From: Felis catus
Taxonomy: Eukaryota
Assembly: GCF_018350175.1 (NCBI RefSeq)
Contig: NC_058379.1
Coordinates: forward strand, 65,658,001 to 65,722,000
Reading direction: 5' to 3'
Length of the DNA stretch: 64,000 bases
The translations under genes and the position numbers were made by a program. The notes beneath the pieces were generated by a model that was not told where the DNA came from, ran no database searches, and saw only the letters and a program-made list of their open reading frames with translations. This document shows positions 1 through 12,500 of this stretch, one piece after another; within the stretch, counting starts at the first letter, position 1; each line of letters begins with the position of its first letter.

Positions 1-282
1 CAATAGAAGAGCTAATGTAAAAATGGAATCCCAGTCATCGCCTTTTATGGTAAATGTAAGTCTGCATATTAGGAATCCAAATAGCAATTGCATTTTGTTT
101 TGCCTGTTTGATGAGAATATTTTGTTAATCCTTTATTAATGATGTTTAAACACTAGCCAGCAGAACTAGGGTGCACAGGCAATATTTGGGAAATGAGGTG
201 TAGTACCTACATATTCTGTGTCCATGAGGACCACCCTAGATATTAGTGTTTTTTTTAAACTTCTTACAACTTTAAAAAAAAA

Positions 283-491
283 TTTTTTTTAACGTTTATT
301 TATTTTTGAGACAGAGAGAGACAGAGCATGAACAGGGGAGGGTCAGAGAAAGGGAGACACAGAATCTGAAACAGGCTCCAGGCTCTGAGCTGTCAGCACA
401 GAGCCTGACGCGGGTCTTGAACTCACGGACCGCGAAATCATGACCTGAGCCGAAGTTGGCTGCTTAACCGACTGAGCCACCCAGGCGCCCC
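283..491 (-). mobile_element. CanSINE (feline SINEC_Fc type)
   Basis: Reverse complement reads GGGGCGCCTGGGTGGCTCAGTCGGTTAAG (tRNA-derived head, A box), then a (CT)n tract, AATAAA and an A-rich tail. Confidence 0.95.
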
Positions 492-1039
492 TTAAACCAC
501 AGAAGCAGTTACCAAATTCCCATTACACCTACTGAAGAATTAGAAATAAAGTCATTAAGCATTTTAGTCACAATATCACATAAATGTACTTTCCTCTGTG
601 GGTCTATCTTAGTCTGTAAACTCCTAGCACATTGGAAACCATCCTTTGGATGTCTGTTTTAGATGACCGCTCATATACAGAAGCCACTTTGCCTTCATCT
701 CCCTTTTCTTTTATCTATAAAATAGTAAAATAAAATTTGCACCTCTACCTCTTGGGCTCATCGTAAGGAGTCAATGAGTTAATCCCCATGAAGTGCCAAG
801 AGCATGCCGTGGCAGCACTCAGTAAACGGTGAGTGCCACCCACCACAGACCAGGTGCTTCTCCACCCACTGCTAGCTGAGGAGGCATCTGTTCTGAGAGC
901 CCTGTTCCACCTGCCTCCCCTGCCTCTCTCTACCTGCAAAGTATTCACCTCCTGCCTTCAGTCATGTGTGCTCCCACAAGAATTTGAGTGAACAAGTATA
1001 TAGCTTTTATTTATTTATTGTTTATTCACTTATATCCTT

Positions 1040-1460
1040 ACTTATTTAAATACCTTTTGGGGGGGTATGATTGACATAAAATAAATGACACTGATTTAAA
1101 GCACACAATTTCAAAGTTTTGACAAATATGTACACTCTTGAAACCACCATCACAGTCAAGACTAGGAATATACCCATCACCCCTATAAGTTACCTTATGT
1201 CCCTTGGTAATCCCCCCCTACTCCAGGCAACCACTAATTTTCTTTTGGTCACTATAGATNNNNNNNNNNNNNNNNNNNNNNNNNNNNNNNNNNNNNNNNN
1301 NNNNNNNNNNNNNNNNNNNNNNNNNNNNNNNNNNNNNNNNNNNNNNNNNNNNNNNNNNNNNNNNNNNNNNNNNNNNNNNNNNNNNNNNNNNNNNNNNNNN
1401 NNNCTTCTTGGCACTCAGCATAATTATTTTGAGATTCACCCATGTTGTCGTGTGTATAAA
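1040..1460 (-). mobile_element. Old L1 (L1M-type) 3' end fragment, partly masked
   Basis: L1M 3'UTR-like phrases (tttgacaaatatgtacac, caggcaaccactaattt, ttttgagattcacccatgttgt); interrupted by N block 1260-1403. Confidence 0.7.
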
Positions 1461-2474
1461 TGAGATGTCCTTTTGAGGATGTCCTATTGAAAGTAGATTC
1501 ATTGATTGCAGTAGAGGATGGTGGCATAAAAGCTATTATATTCAGACATAAGAATCTAAAGCATTTTGCATTCTGGATGTGACCATCAGTGTTGCACAAC
1601 TCCTATGATTCATTAAAGCCAGTAGAATTAGTGTCAATACAGATGACCCTCAGCAACCAAGAAAGGATAAGTCATGGTCAGAATGCTCTATTTAAGAAGA
1701 CATGGAAATGCAGAAAATACTTTGTAGAAATGTCTTCCAAAATAGCTAGAATTATTTTGAATTTTGAAGTCTAAAAAGTCATCTTAAGCTACCTGGAAAA
1801 CTTGCCTCACCGGAATTCTCCAAGGCTTCCATGCAGCCAAGGATTTACTGCACTTCACTTGTAGGGTTTCTTCTTCTAGCCAGGAAAGGAGGGGCCTGTC
1901 CCTGANNNNNNNNNNNNNNNNNNNNNNNNNNNNNNNNNNNNNNNNNNNNNNNNNNNNNNNNNNNNNNNNNNNNNNNNNNNNNNNNNNNNNNNNNNNNNNN
2001 NNNNNNNNNNNNNNNNNNNNNNNNNNNNNNNNNNNNNNNNNNNNNNNNNNNNNNNNNNNNNNNNNNNNNNNNNNNNNNNNNNNNNNNNNNNNNNNNNNNN
2101 NNNNNNNNNNNNNNNNAAAATAGGTTTTTTAACATGGCTGTTTTTGGCAGGGATAGAGAGACCCTAAAGGAGTAAGTGCCTGCCAGTTTCAGCTTTGAAA
2201 ATGGACCAATTAATTAGAAAAGTGAGGGTGGTGAAGGAGATACAACATACACCACCTGGACAGCCTGCTTTTGTGTTGCCTTATTGGTAAGGAAAACAGA
2301 TTTAAAAGAAGCAAATCCAAAAGGAAACAAAAAGGTATTTGAACTGGGAAAATGTCCTCTGGGCAGTAGCCTAACCGGATATAAAGGTGAGGGAGAGACC
2401 CTTGAAAAATGGAGCTTTCCAGAGAAAGCAGCAGGGGATCCTTATTAACATCAGCCTGCCATAGTTAATAATTC

Positions 2475-2542
2475 TGCATTGGGCAGGAGGTTGGACCAGA
2501 GGATCTCTAAGGGCCCTTTCTCACTCTGAGATTCTAAGATGC
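2475..2542 (+). mobile_element. MIR3/L3 3' tail fragment
   Basis: ggaggttggaccagaggatctctaagggccctttc...ctctgagattctaagat resembles the shared MIR3/L3 terminus. Confidence 0.6.
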
Positions 2543-2949
2543 TGATATTTATAGTGTAATATTCAGAACCTATAAATCAACTGCTCTCTGAAGGTGTGCC
2601 TTATAATGTCTCTTTTATTTCATCAGTTTTCCCCCTGGATCTTGCCTCCTTCCCTCTGTTACCTCCTTGCCAACAGAGCAGGAAGAGTGCATTCATAGAT
2701 CCCTGAGTAACATCTGGAGGATATGCATTGGCCTCCAGCCCTGGACAGATGTTCTGGGACTGCTCTTTTGGCCCCGTATTTCACATGGAAATGTAACAAT
2801 AACTGCCTGTGATAGCTCCCTGTTTCGTCCACCACCAAATCTAAACCCACATCCCAGAATTCAGCATCCTTCAGCTGGCCTCCACCTTGCCCCAGTCCAA
2901 ATACATGGAGGCTCAAGACTTGTTGGTTCAGATCCTTAAATAAATTGAC

Positions 2950-3330
2950 AAGCCAGCAAGTATTTACTGAGCATATAATATGTGCTTACCTTTGGGTCAG
3001 GCATTAAAGGCATCCAACGGAAGAACACATCTCCACACCCAGGATGTTTACAATACAATTTTTAAGAAGTGTATAGACAAAAATAATCAGAGAAAAAAAT
3101 AATAATGAAAGAAAAAATCCCCATGTACTAGATTGTGTGTGTCCAGCTCTAAGTGGTATAAGAGTTTAGAATAGGAATCCAAAAGGACTGGAATAATCAG
3201 AAGGTCCTTTGGCTCTGAGGGGCACCTGAACTGGGCTTTGAAGGATGGGAATGAATTGGAATGGGGGATAGGAAGAGGAGGCAATCTAGTAAGGAAAAAC
3301 AGCATGTAACAAGGTATGGAACTCTTTGCA
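2950..3330 (-). mobile_element. L2 3' fragment
   Basis: caagtatttactgagcat and ctgaactgggctttgaaggatggg are typical of antisense L2 3' ends. Confidence 0.55.
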
Positions 3331-3867
3331 GACTGACTTGTGCCAATTATTAAGTTATTTTTGGTAGGTACTGGTAGCCTCCAAAGTTAGAAGTAGGAAA
3401 GGTCTATAGGTCTGTTTTCCTACTAACTTGCTTCCATATTATAATTTACCAGTTGAGTCATGCTTCCAAGGAGTACTCAATTCTGCCATACACAAACAAG
3501 TTTATTAACAGGCAGGTATGAAAACAGTCACATAACCTGTGCTGTAAACAACATGGGTAGTGTCCCTCTGTCCTTGTATGAAAATACATATTGAAACAGA
3601 TGGAGCAATGTTCTGGTGGCAGGATTTCAGTAATCTTCTAGTCTGGTAAACAAAGACACAGGACCCATTTGGATTCCTAACCCAAGGGACACTATTCCAA
3701 AGTGAAGAGAAAATTGTTCCACTAGTTTATTATACTTTGTGCAAGGGCAGGGCTGCCCATAAAACAGTGCCAAAAAAAAAATCCCACATTTCTAGCTGTC
3801 AATGAAAAAAAAAAGGTTTCTAACTTCCATTATTCTAATTAACAAAACCTCTGGTCATAACCCATAA

Positions 3868-4079
3868 CTGGGTGGCTCAGTTGGTTAAGCGTCAGACTCT
3901 TGGTTTCGGCTTGGCTCATGATCTCACGGTTGGTGAGTTAGAGCCCCACAAGGGCTTTGCGCTGACAGTGTGGAGCCTTCTTGGGATTCTCTCTCTCTCC
4001 CTCTCTCCCTCTCTCCCTCTTCCCTGCTCGTGCTCTCTCTCTCTCTCTCTCAAAATAAATAGATTAAAAAAAAAATAAA
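3868..4079 (+). mobile_element. CanSINE (feline), first bases of head missing
   Basis: ctgggtggctcagttggttaagcgtcagactcttggtttcggc, then (CT)n, caaaataaat and an A tail. Confidence 0.93.
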
Positions 4080-4449
4080 GCTGAAGGCCTGTGGTCAGTG
4101 TCTCTGAAGTTATGGTTTCTGATTAGAGTCTTTCTAATGCTAACTAAACCCCTGTGGAGTGTGTATTCCTGATTAAGAAACTACAAATATTAATCAATAG
4201 TCTCTACAGATTAAAGTTAACATCTATGCACCCATTATGCCATCCCTCCTAATGCATTTTGAAGTAAATTACAGATAATATAAATAGATGAAAAATAATG
4301 TGGCATGGATTGTGGACAGTGGAAGGACCATCAGCTGACCTGGTAGATGTTGAGAAGAAAGGAGAGAACAGGTTGTATGGGCAGGTTTTTGGCAGATTGG
4401 TGATGCGTGGCATTACAGGCTGAGCAGGTTTGATGGTGTAGTCTATGGA

Positions 4450-4590
4450 TAGGGTGATCATATAATTTATTGAGAGTACAAAAAGAAAAAAACTTATTGG
4501 AGAGCAGAAGAGGGCATTATTAATAATAATGCCAGAACAACAGATGTAACTGGCTCTGTCCTAGGCAAACCAAGACATATGGTCAACTTA
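4450..4590. mobile_element. hAT-Blackjack MITE, MER94-like
   Basis: Terminal inverted repeats tagggtgatcatat ... atatggtcaactta; internal ggcattattaataat...acaacag resembles the recalled MER94 consensus. Confidence 0.7.
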
Positions 4591-5869
4591 GCTGGGTTCA
4601 TTGCATTAAAGCACAGAGAAGACGTGACTAAAGCTGCATTCTATGAAGCCTGGTCCATCAGACACTTTTGCTGTGAGTCACCTGGACACAGCAAAGGTTC
4701 CTTTGGGTGACTTGGTAGGTCACTGGGGCTATCTGGGAAGAAAACTTCCTCTAACTGTACTTTGTTTAGTTATTCAGACTTGTTCATCTGCTGCCAGTGT
4801 GGTGCCCTACTTTCTCAGAGCAGCATTTCTGGAATATGTTCTGCATCCTAAAACTTTGGCTTTTCCAGAAGCAATTACACAGTAGTAAGGAAACACCTTC
4901 CTCCCTATTATTTTTATGTGACTTTGGGTAATCACTTCTCTGGGCCAACAATTTAGATTAGCAGGTCTTTTTTGAGAAACTACTGTGTGCTTTTCCATAT
5001 GCAATCTCATTCCTCCTAGTAGCCCTGAGAAGTGTGTGGGAGGCAACATGACCTGCCTATCCATAAATGAAGGTGTAAGTATCCACCCTACTTTCATCCC
5101 AGGATGTGTGAAGATAAAATGAGGCAAGAAGATCCTTGAAAAATTAGAGAATTGGTTATCCTGGTTATGAAGGTAGAATATTCTTGAATAGAAGAACTAA
5201 AGTTCAAGTTACAGTCCTTGAGATCCATTGTGGAATAACTGATAGAAAAGTCCCACCAATGTAGATAATTCCAGGAATATTTGTGAGCTCTGGTTCCCAA
5301 AGCTACTAGGTAGTTAAAATTAGAATAGAACTTTATTGGTCTCTTGGAAGGCAGAGATTCTGCATTAGAAATGCCCTTCCTATGAAATAATTGGTAGATT
5401 AATGAAACACAAGCTATAAGCACTGTTTGTTTGAAAGGGGATTCTGTGGTGTGGGGGAAGGGCACTGGTGTGGAAGTCAGGTACTGGAAGTTCTGGTCTC
5501 TGCTTTGGCCCTTAATGTATGTTACCGTAGGAATATCATACCATGGATCTGGGGTGATACCAACTGTCACATCCTGTTACCTCAAGAAGTGGTGTATGCT
5601 GTAGATATGTCCAGTTGATGGATGATTACATCTCAGGTAGGTCAGTCCCATGACAACTTTTATAATAATACTGGAGAACTATTCTGAGTCATCCACCATA
5701 TCATCCAGCCCAGAATTCTCCCTCAGACAGAGGCCCCAAGGATGGTTGTAGAGGAGTTTAGGCTATTCCTTTAAACAAGCAGACAAATGACGAAGACTGC
5801 TATTTTTTTTTCCAGTATCCAGCCTCAGTTATCCCTCACATTTATTCATTTACCGAACATCTATTTATT

Positions 5870-6079
5870 TTATTTTTTAAATGTTTATTTATTTATTTTT
5901 GAGAGAGAGAGAGCAAGAGAGCAGAGGAGGGGCAGAGAGAAGGAGAGAGAGAGAATCCCAAGCAGGTCCACACTTAGCATGGAGCCCAGTGCAGGGCTTG
6001 ATCTCACAACTGTGAGATCATGATCTGAGGTGAAATCAAGAGTCCATCACTTAACCAACTGAGCCACTTAGATACCCCC
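5870..6079 (-). mobile_element. CanSINE (feline) with 14-bp TSD, inserted in an L2 tail
   Basis: SINE body on the minus strand; AACATCTATTTATT at 5856-5869 and 6081-6094. Confidence 0.95.
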
Positions 6080-6199
6080 AAACATCTATTTATTGAGCAT
6101 GTGTCACTTTCCAGGTACTGTTAGGTACTGTGAATCAAGTGGAAAGTAAAAAACAACCAAACAAACTTCATATAATTTATAACCTAGTGAGTATAAAAT

Positions 6200-6848
6200 A
6201 TAATTGATCCTCATTATTTATTGAGTATAAAATATTATTGATCCTCATTATTTATTGATTTCATATTTGTGAATTTGCCTGCTTGCTAAAATGTATTTGT
6301 AACCCCAAAATCAACACAGGCAACACCTTTGAAGTCTTCTACAGACTTGCACAGACCAGCAAAAAATTTGAGTCACCAGATATGCACTTTCCCGGCTGAG
6401 TTTGAATAAAGCACTATGTTGTCTTCTTCTTAAGTTCTTTCATACTGTAAAAGTGTCTTTGTGATCTGTTTGGTGCCACAATTTTTTGCACTTTTGAGCT
6501 TCTTCTTGGTGAATTTACTGTTTTAGATGGCCCCAAGCATTAAGCTGAAGTATTGTCTAGTGTTCCTAAGTGCAAGAAAGCTGTGATACACCTTACGAGG
6601 AAAATAGATAAACTTCCTTCAGGATGAAGGTACAGTGCTGTTGGCCAAGAGATCAATGTTAATAAATCCACAATATATATTAAATAAGGTGTCTTTAAAC
6701 AGAAACACCCATAAAACAAGATCATGTATTCATTGACTGACAAAAAATGTGACCAAAGGTTCATAGGAACCCAATTGTGTATTTCCCTTAGAACCAATAG
6801 TTAAGTAATCACTCACCCAACTACCATCAATAGTGGGAATTGACTGTA
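6200..6848. mobile_element. TcMar-Tigger element, MER82-like, near full length
   Basis: About 650 bp; ends ttgatcctcattatt ... aatagtgggaattgactgta; internal tttgtaaccccaaaatcaa, tagtgttcctaagtgcaagaa and taaataaggtgtctttaaacagaaacac match recalled MER82. Confidence 0.85.
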
Positions 6849-6889
6849 TTAACCAACATTTAAAAAAATTTTTTTAAAGAATACAGCTG

Positions 6890-7420
6890 TGTATAGTTAT
6901 AGGTGCTTGAGGTGAGGGTGAGCAGGTGAGACCTTGCTGGACAAGGAAGGCTTAGCTGAGATCTGAAGGATAAGAAGATGGGAACCAGAGGGAGAGTGTT
7001 CTGGGGAAAGGACACAGTAGGGAGACCTATCCTTCCCCAAAAAGAGAGAGAGATGGCAAGTCATATGGCTAAGATGGAGAGTGAGGGAAAGTGCGATTTA
7101 AAGTCAAGGTCAGAGAAGTGAACAGGAGCCAGTCCATACTGGGCCCTATAGAGTTATAATTGGTGAACAAAGGGGCATGATTAGATTTACATTTTGAGAT
7201 AGCTTTGGCTAAAATGTGGAGAACACTTTTGAGAGCAGTCAGAGTGAATTCAGGGATCCAGAAAGAAGGTTATTGCTAGTGTCCTGTAGAAAATGGTGTC
7301 TGGTTTGTACCAGAGTATTGATGATTAGGATGGAGAGAAGCAGTTATTTGAGTTATTTGAGGAGTTACTTGTTAGGAGACAAACTGGGCAGAAGTTGGTG
7401 ATTAACAGAATTGGAAAGGC
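6890..7420 (-). mobile_element. L2 fragment (continuation of the L2 tail at about 5835-6190)
   Basis: agctgagatctgaaggataag and ttagatttacattttgagatag are L2 antisense hallmarks. Confidence 0.65.
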
Positions 7421-7600
7421 AATCAGGAATTGATCCTAATTCCAAAGACCTTCCCATGACAGTGCACTTCAGTGCTCAAGCTTTGTCCTTGAGAGAAATA
7501 TAAAACTTCTAAACCCACTTTTCAAATTAGAACTAAAGAAGGCACCTCCCAATCTACCAAACTTTCTATGTGACCAAAGTCTATTGAAGCACCCTTTAAA

Positions 7601-7802
7601 GTTGATTTATTTTTTATTTTTATTTTTAGAGAGAGATAGAGAGCAAGTGAGAGAGGGGCAGAGAGAGAGGGAGACAGAGAATCCCAAGCAGACTCTGCAC
7701 TGTCAGTGCAGAGCCCAATGTAGGACTCAAACTCACGAACTGTGAGATCATGATCTGAGCTGAAGAGTGGAAGCTCAACAGACTGAGCCACCCCGACACC
7801 CC
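7601..7802 (-). mobile_element. CanSINE (feline)
   Basis: SINE body on the minus strand; degenerate TSD gaagcaccctttaa / gaggcatcctttaa. Confidence 0.93.
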
Positions 7803-9185
7803 TGAGGCATCCTTTAATCAGTCTTTGAGATATGAATGACAAACCACCATTGTCCCTGGTCCCTAAAGCCCTGATGAGTTGCCAAGTCTGATAGTAGCTG
7901 GGGTCAGAAAACTGGACATAGAACCTAAATCTGGGCAGATGGGTAATGCCCCCCATCAAAAGTAATCTTACCACTTCTACTCCAGGTGGTCCTATTGGAT
8001 TGTCCTTCAGTACTGCTGAAAACCTTTTTCTGCTGCTTTTTCTCATGAGCAAAAACCCTGATCCAACTCCAAGGGAAACCCTCCCTCCAAAGCTACCTTC
8101 ATTTATCGAAATTTGTTTGATCACAGTCTCTCACTGCTCTGAAAATCTACATCTGAAATGAGCCCCACAGAGGAGCTGGGTCTTTTTTATTTGGGCTACA
8201 TTCTTCCTATCAGTATGTTCTTTCAGGTGGTCAGGTGGAAATCAATAATGCTAGGGGACCAGGATGCTACAATGATGGTCCCCTTATTGATAGGGACGCT
8301 CACATGGCGGTTCCTATTTCTCTCGTGTCACTTTACTGTCCCTATCTCCAGTGACCCCCTCTGCTGCTGTGACACACAGAGAAGTTGCAGCACAGAGCAG
8401 GAGAACACAATTCAGAGTCTCTTCCATCCAATTAAAATGTTTTACTATCTTTCCTTTTTATCTCGCCTTTGTAATTGGATTCCCAGTTTCTCAATTTTCA
8501 TGGCAGCAAAGGGAGGGGGAAAATGATAGCAAGTATCTGATAAAAATAAAATGCTATGATTTAATTTTTGCTGAAAGGATTCTCTCTCCCCTTTATGAGG
8601 CCTTTGAAAGGGTCCCGGAGTCCCTAACCCAGTCAGATTATGGCCCTGTGGTTCCTTCTGGTTATTCAAAGGATCTTAGAAATTCCAGGTATCGTGAGAT
8701 CAAAAAATATAAAGTCACTCTCTGTACAAACTGCATAGAGGATCCAGAAGAGACAATTTGTGAGGTGATGATGAGACCAGATTTTATGTGACAGCAATAT
8801 TTGATTATATGAGACCTCAGTTATCCTGAAACTATAGTCCCTAGGGTGGGGGTAGACTCATTTTACAAGGCTATCCTTTCCTAAGAAAGCGTTCATGATG
8901 AAATCTGCACATACAAGCAGCTACAATTTGCTGGCCCAGTAAGTTTCATTAGCTGTAATATTCCAGTTTTGTTCTTAGAATTAAAAGGGTCAATGTATGT
9001 TGACCTTCTGTGTAGTTCTCTAGTTAAATCTTGTCACTATCTTTGTTGTGGTGGTGGTTGTTGTTGTTACTCTTTTTACGTCCATAATGTCTGGCAAAGT
9101 CTCCTAAATATATTGTTTACTAAATAAACATACACTGATCAGTTCGTTGAGATGTTACTTCACCCATATATTCTTCAACATTAAC

Positions 9186-9515
9186 TGTCTGACATCAATG
9201 AGGTGTCCACCGATTTGGTTCAGTTCTAACACTAACTACCCAGGGTTGGTGCAGACCCAATAAGTTAAGGGCTCATTCCCACAACACTGCTCCCACTCCA
9301 GATACTAGCCACAAGTGCCAGGTACCCCCCAAGCACTTGTAGCCACTTACAGATTTGAGGCTTACCACAACATCCTCAGGCTCAGGAATCACTAGAACAA
9401 CTCACAGAACTCAGGAAAGCTGTATATTTATGATGACCTATTTATTATATAGGATACAAATGAATATGCAGATGAAGAGGTATATAGGATAAGATCTTGG
9501 AGAATCCAAGCAGAA
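9186..9515 (-). mobile_element. MER21-family LTR fragment
   Basis: ttctaacactaactaccc, gttaagggctcattcccacaa, ctcacagaactcaggaaagc and gatgaagaggtatatagg follow the recalled MER21 antisense consensus. Confidence 0.75.
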
Positions 9516-9749
9516 TACAAGCAGGATACAAAAGGGAAGACGCACATCCCAGAAATGTTGTCAAAATGACGGATCCAGTAAGCGATTTCACTCTGCGAAG
9601 ACTCAGGGAGATTGAGAAAAGGAGAAAATCATCTGGCCAGGAAGTGAATGTAGTAAGAACAAAGAGCACACTATGTCTTTCTGTGTGTATCCCTATAAAG
9701 AAAGGTAGAATTGGTTCTGGCACATTCATTCATTTAAAAATACGTTATA

Positions 9750-9949
9750 GGGGCACTTGGGTGGCTTAGTCAGTTTAAGCATCCAACTCTTGATTTTGGC
9801 TTGGGTCAGATCATGATCCCAGGATTGTGGGATTAAGCCCCACGTTGGGCTCCACACTGAGTGTGGAGCCTGCTTAACACACTCTCTCTCTCTCCTTCTG
9901 CCCCTCTCCCTCACTCTCACTCACTCTCTAAAAAATAAATAAATAAAAT
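9750..9949 (+). mobile_element. CanSINE with 15-bp TSD
   Basis: ggggcacttgggtggcttagtcag head and (AAAT)n tail; TSD aaaaatacgttatag (9736-9750) / aaaaataccttatag (9950-9964). Confidence 0.93.
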
Positions 9950-9961
9950 AAAAATACCTTA

Positions 9962-10098
9962 TAGATGAGTGATGGGTATTAAAGAGGGCACTTCTTATGA
10001 TGAGCACTTGGTGTTATATGTGGTGAGTCACTGAATTCTGCTCCTGAAACCAATATTGCACTGTATGTTAACTAAAACTTAAATAAAAGTCTAAAAAT
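9962..10098 (+). mobile_element. Carnivore L1 extreme 3' UTR stub
   Basis: gtgatgggtattaaagagggcact...gatgagcacttggtgttatatg...ctgtatgttaactaa...aaataaaa; homologous to the L1 3'UTR visible on the minus strand at 30013-30070. Confidence 0.85.
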
Positions 10099-10349
10099 AT
10101 CTATTATTGAGAACTTACTCCATGCCAGGCGTTCTGATAGGTGCCAGAGACATGGAGATAGAAAAGTTAGAGTGTCTACTCTAGCAATGACTTCACGAAT
10201 CCGACAGTCAGATGTTCAGGAGAGAAGCCCAACTCACATTGCATCGTGCATATGAGACCGTCTGCTTCTTTTCAGAAGCACAGCTCTGGTTCCCTTTTGT
10301 TTATTACCCTGCCATCTCTAGTTCTCAAGCAAACCAACCATCACTTCTG

Positions 10350-11390
10350 GGCTTAATTTGTGAGATTGATCCATAAATATCATTTAGTTCATCTGTTTAC
10401 AGTGCTCTGTATCATTCCACTGCAGAACCATCCCAGTTTATTTACGCAGTCTCCTTTGATGGGACCTGTGGGTTTTCTCCAGTTTTACACTGTGCAGTGA
10501 TTCAGATATGTGTATTCTTGACCTCACTATAAGTGTTCATCTAGAGATAATATTTATAAGAAAATTTGCAGGAATATAGGAAATATGCATCTTCAACTTT
10601 ACTAGGTATGACAAATTGCTGTCCAAATTAGTGGTGTCAATTTACACTCTCATTAACCGTAGATGAGAGATCCCATCAGTCTGTATCCTTGCCAACACTT
10701 GGAATTGTCAGACCTTATAGTGTTTGCTAATATCATGGGTGAGACCCTGTATCTCACTATAGTTTAATTCACATTTGCCTGATAATAAGAGTTGAACTTC
10801 TGCTTACAGATTTATTGTGATTTATATTTCCTCTTTTGGAACTGCATGTTCATATTTTATCTCCTTTTCTGTTGGGTTGTCTTTTCTTTGTGATTTTTAC
10901 CAGTTTAGAAAAATATGTTTTAAACATCAATCTTTTGTTGATTTTTGGAGTTGCAGATATCTTCTCTGTGTGTGATTTTTCTTTTAATGGCAACTTTTGA
11001 TAAACAAAAGTTTTGAAATTTAATATAAATTTACCAATATTGAAAAATCATACCCACCTTAATTTTTACTGAAATTTTCTTTAAAAAAAGTTTTGCCTTT
11101 CATATTTAGATCTTTCTCTGACATTGATTTATGTTCAAGATTGAAGTAGTGATCCAATATCTGACATCATTTTCTTTCCATTTGGATAACCAGTTGTCTC
11201 TACTCCAAAGTATGGGACAATCTTTCCTTCCCCTGTAAATCTACAAGATCACCTTTATCATAGATCAGGAATCCAGAAAAGAAAAGTGTCTGTTTTAGGG
11301 CTCTATATCTAGTTCTCCATCTGTCCCTGTACTAACACCACACTGTTATAATAACTCTAGTTTTATAATAAGTCTTAATACAGAGAGGTC
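10350..11390 (-). mobile_element. Old L1 (L1ME-like) fragment
   Basis: T-rich decayed ORF2 and 3' sequence (aatttacactctcatt, tatccttgccaacacttgg, ttgcagatatcttctc, ggataaccagttgtc). Confidence 0.8.
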
Positions 11391-12394
11391 AGCGTATTCT
11401 GATTCTTTAGTCCTTTTGAATCTTTAATTTAGCCTTTATCTACTTTCATTCCTCACTTACCATCGACTCAATCTTCAAGGCTCAATACAAACATAAATAC
11501 AGCTACAGAACCTTCCATTGACAGACCATTTATAATTATTATGTTTAACCCCAATGTTCTTTTAGCACTTTTACCTCCATGATGGCATCTTTCAAGATCT
11601 GCCTTGGGTCTCATCCCATTATCCTGTGTGCCCCAGCCCACTTCCTGCATACCCACACAGCTGTGAGCTCCCTGCAAAACAAGGTCTTATCCCTGCATCC
11701 CCATAGCATCTCAACTGAGTGAGGTGTACATAATAGGCACAGGTAGACTACATGAGTTGAGGCTCTTTGCCATCATACAGTTATCTCTGCACTACCACAC
11801 CATCCAGGGCACCGAGACCGTTTCTCTGGCAGGAGCTTACCCAGCTTTTCCACCAGGTCAGGGATGCACTGGCCCACAGCCTATAGAAAGTCCAGAGTGA
11901 ACAAGATGACATCAGTCATAAGTTCTGGTTTGTGAGATGTCTATGAAAATTATTTACAAGGTTTGAAATGTTCATCGATGGTATTTAGTTCTTTTACACA
12001 TTTATGTACATGTAAATAAAAGTTTGGATTTCTCCAAAGCCTTGCACATAGTTCATCTCACTTGGACTAGATGACAGTGGCTCCAAATACCCAAGGGACA
12101 GCCCCAGTTTTCCCATGAATTCCCTAATTTCTCTCTTTTTCTGGGCTTCAGTATTCTCACTATAAAATAACAATACTGTACCAGGTCAGTCCCAAGGTCA
12201 CTTTTAGCACAAACACTCTATGGCTGTGATTTGGATCGTGGTCTCCCCTGTTCCTTCTAAAGTTCTACTATTCAGCCTTGGTAGCTCTGGACCTCAGTTG
12301 TTTCATTTGTAACAGAAAAATGTTAGACTCAACAAAGTCATCTTCAGTTCCAAAATGCTGCAGTTCTATGTTCCTCATAACCAATTTGGGAGAT

Positions 12395-12500
12395 GGATAG
12401 GACAGGAACAATTTGCTGTAATTTATAAAGAAACTGAGACCCAGAGAGGTTGAGTGGCTTGCCCAGAATCACACTGTAGGAAGTAAAAAAGCAAAGACTA
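12395..12500 (-). mobile_element. MIR core fragment
   Basis: gaaactgagacccagagaggttgagtggcttgcccagaatcacac. Confidence 0.8.

Noticed and set aside
5094-5570. 158-aa minus-strand ORF
   Set aside because: Non-ATG start, overlaps MIR-like sequence, no recognisable homology
7522-8124. 200-aa minus-strand ORF
   Set aside because: Runs through a SINE; no recognisable domain or splice structure
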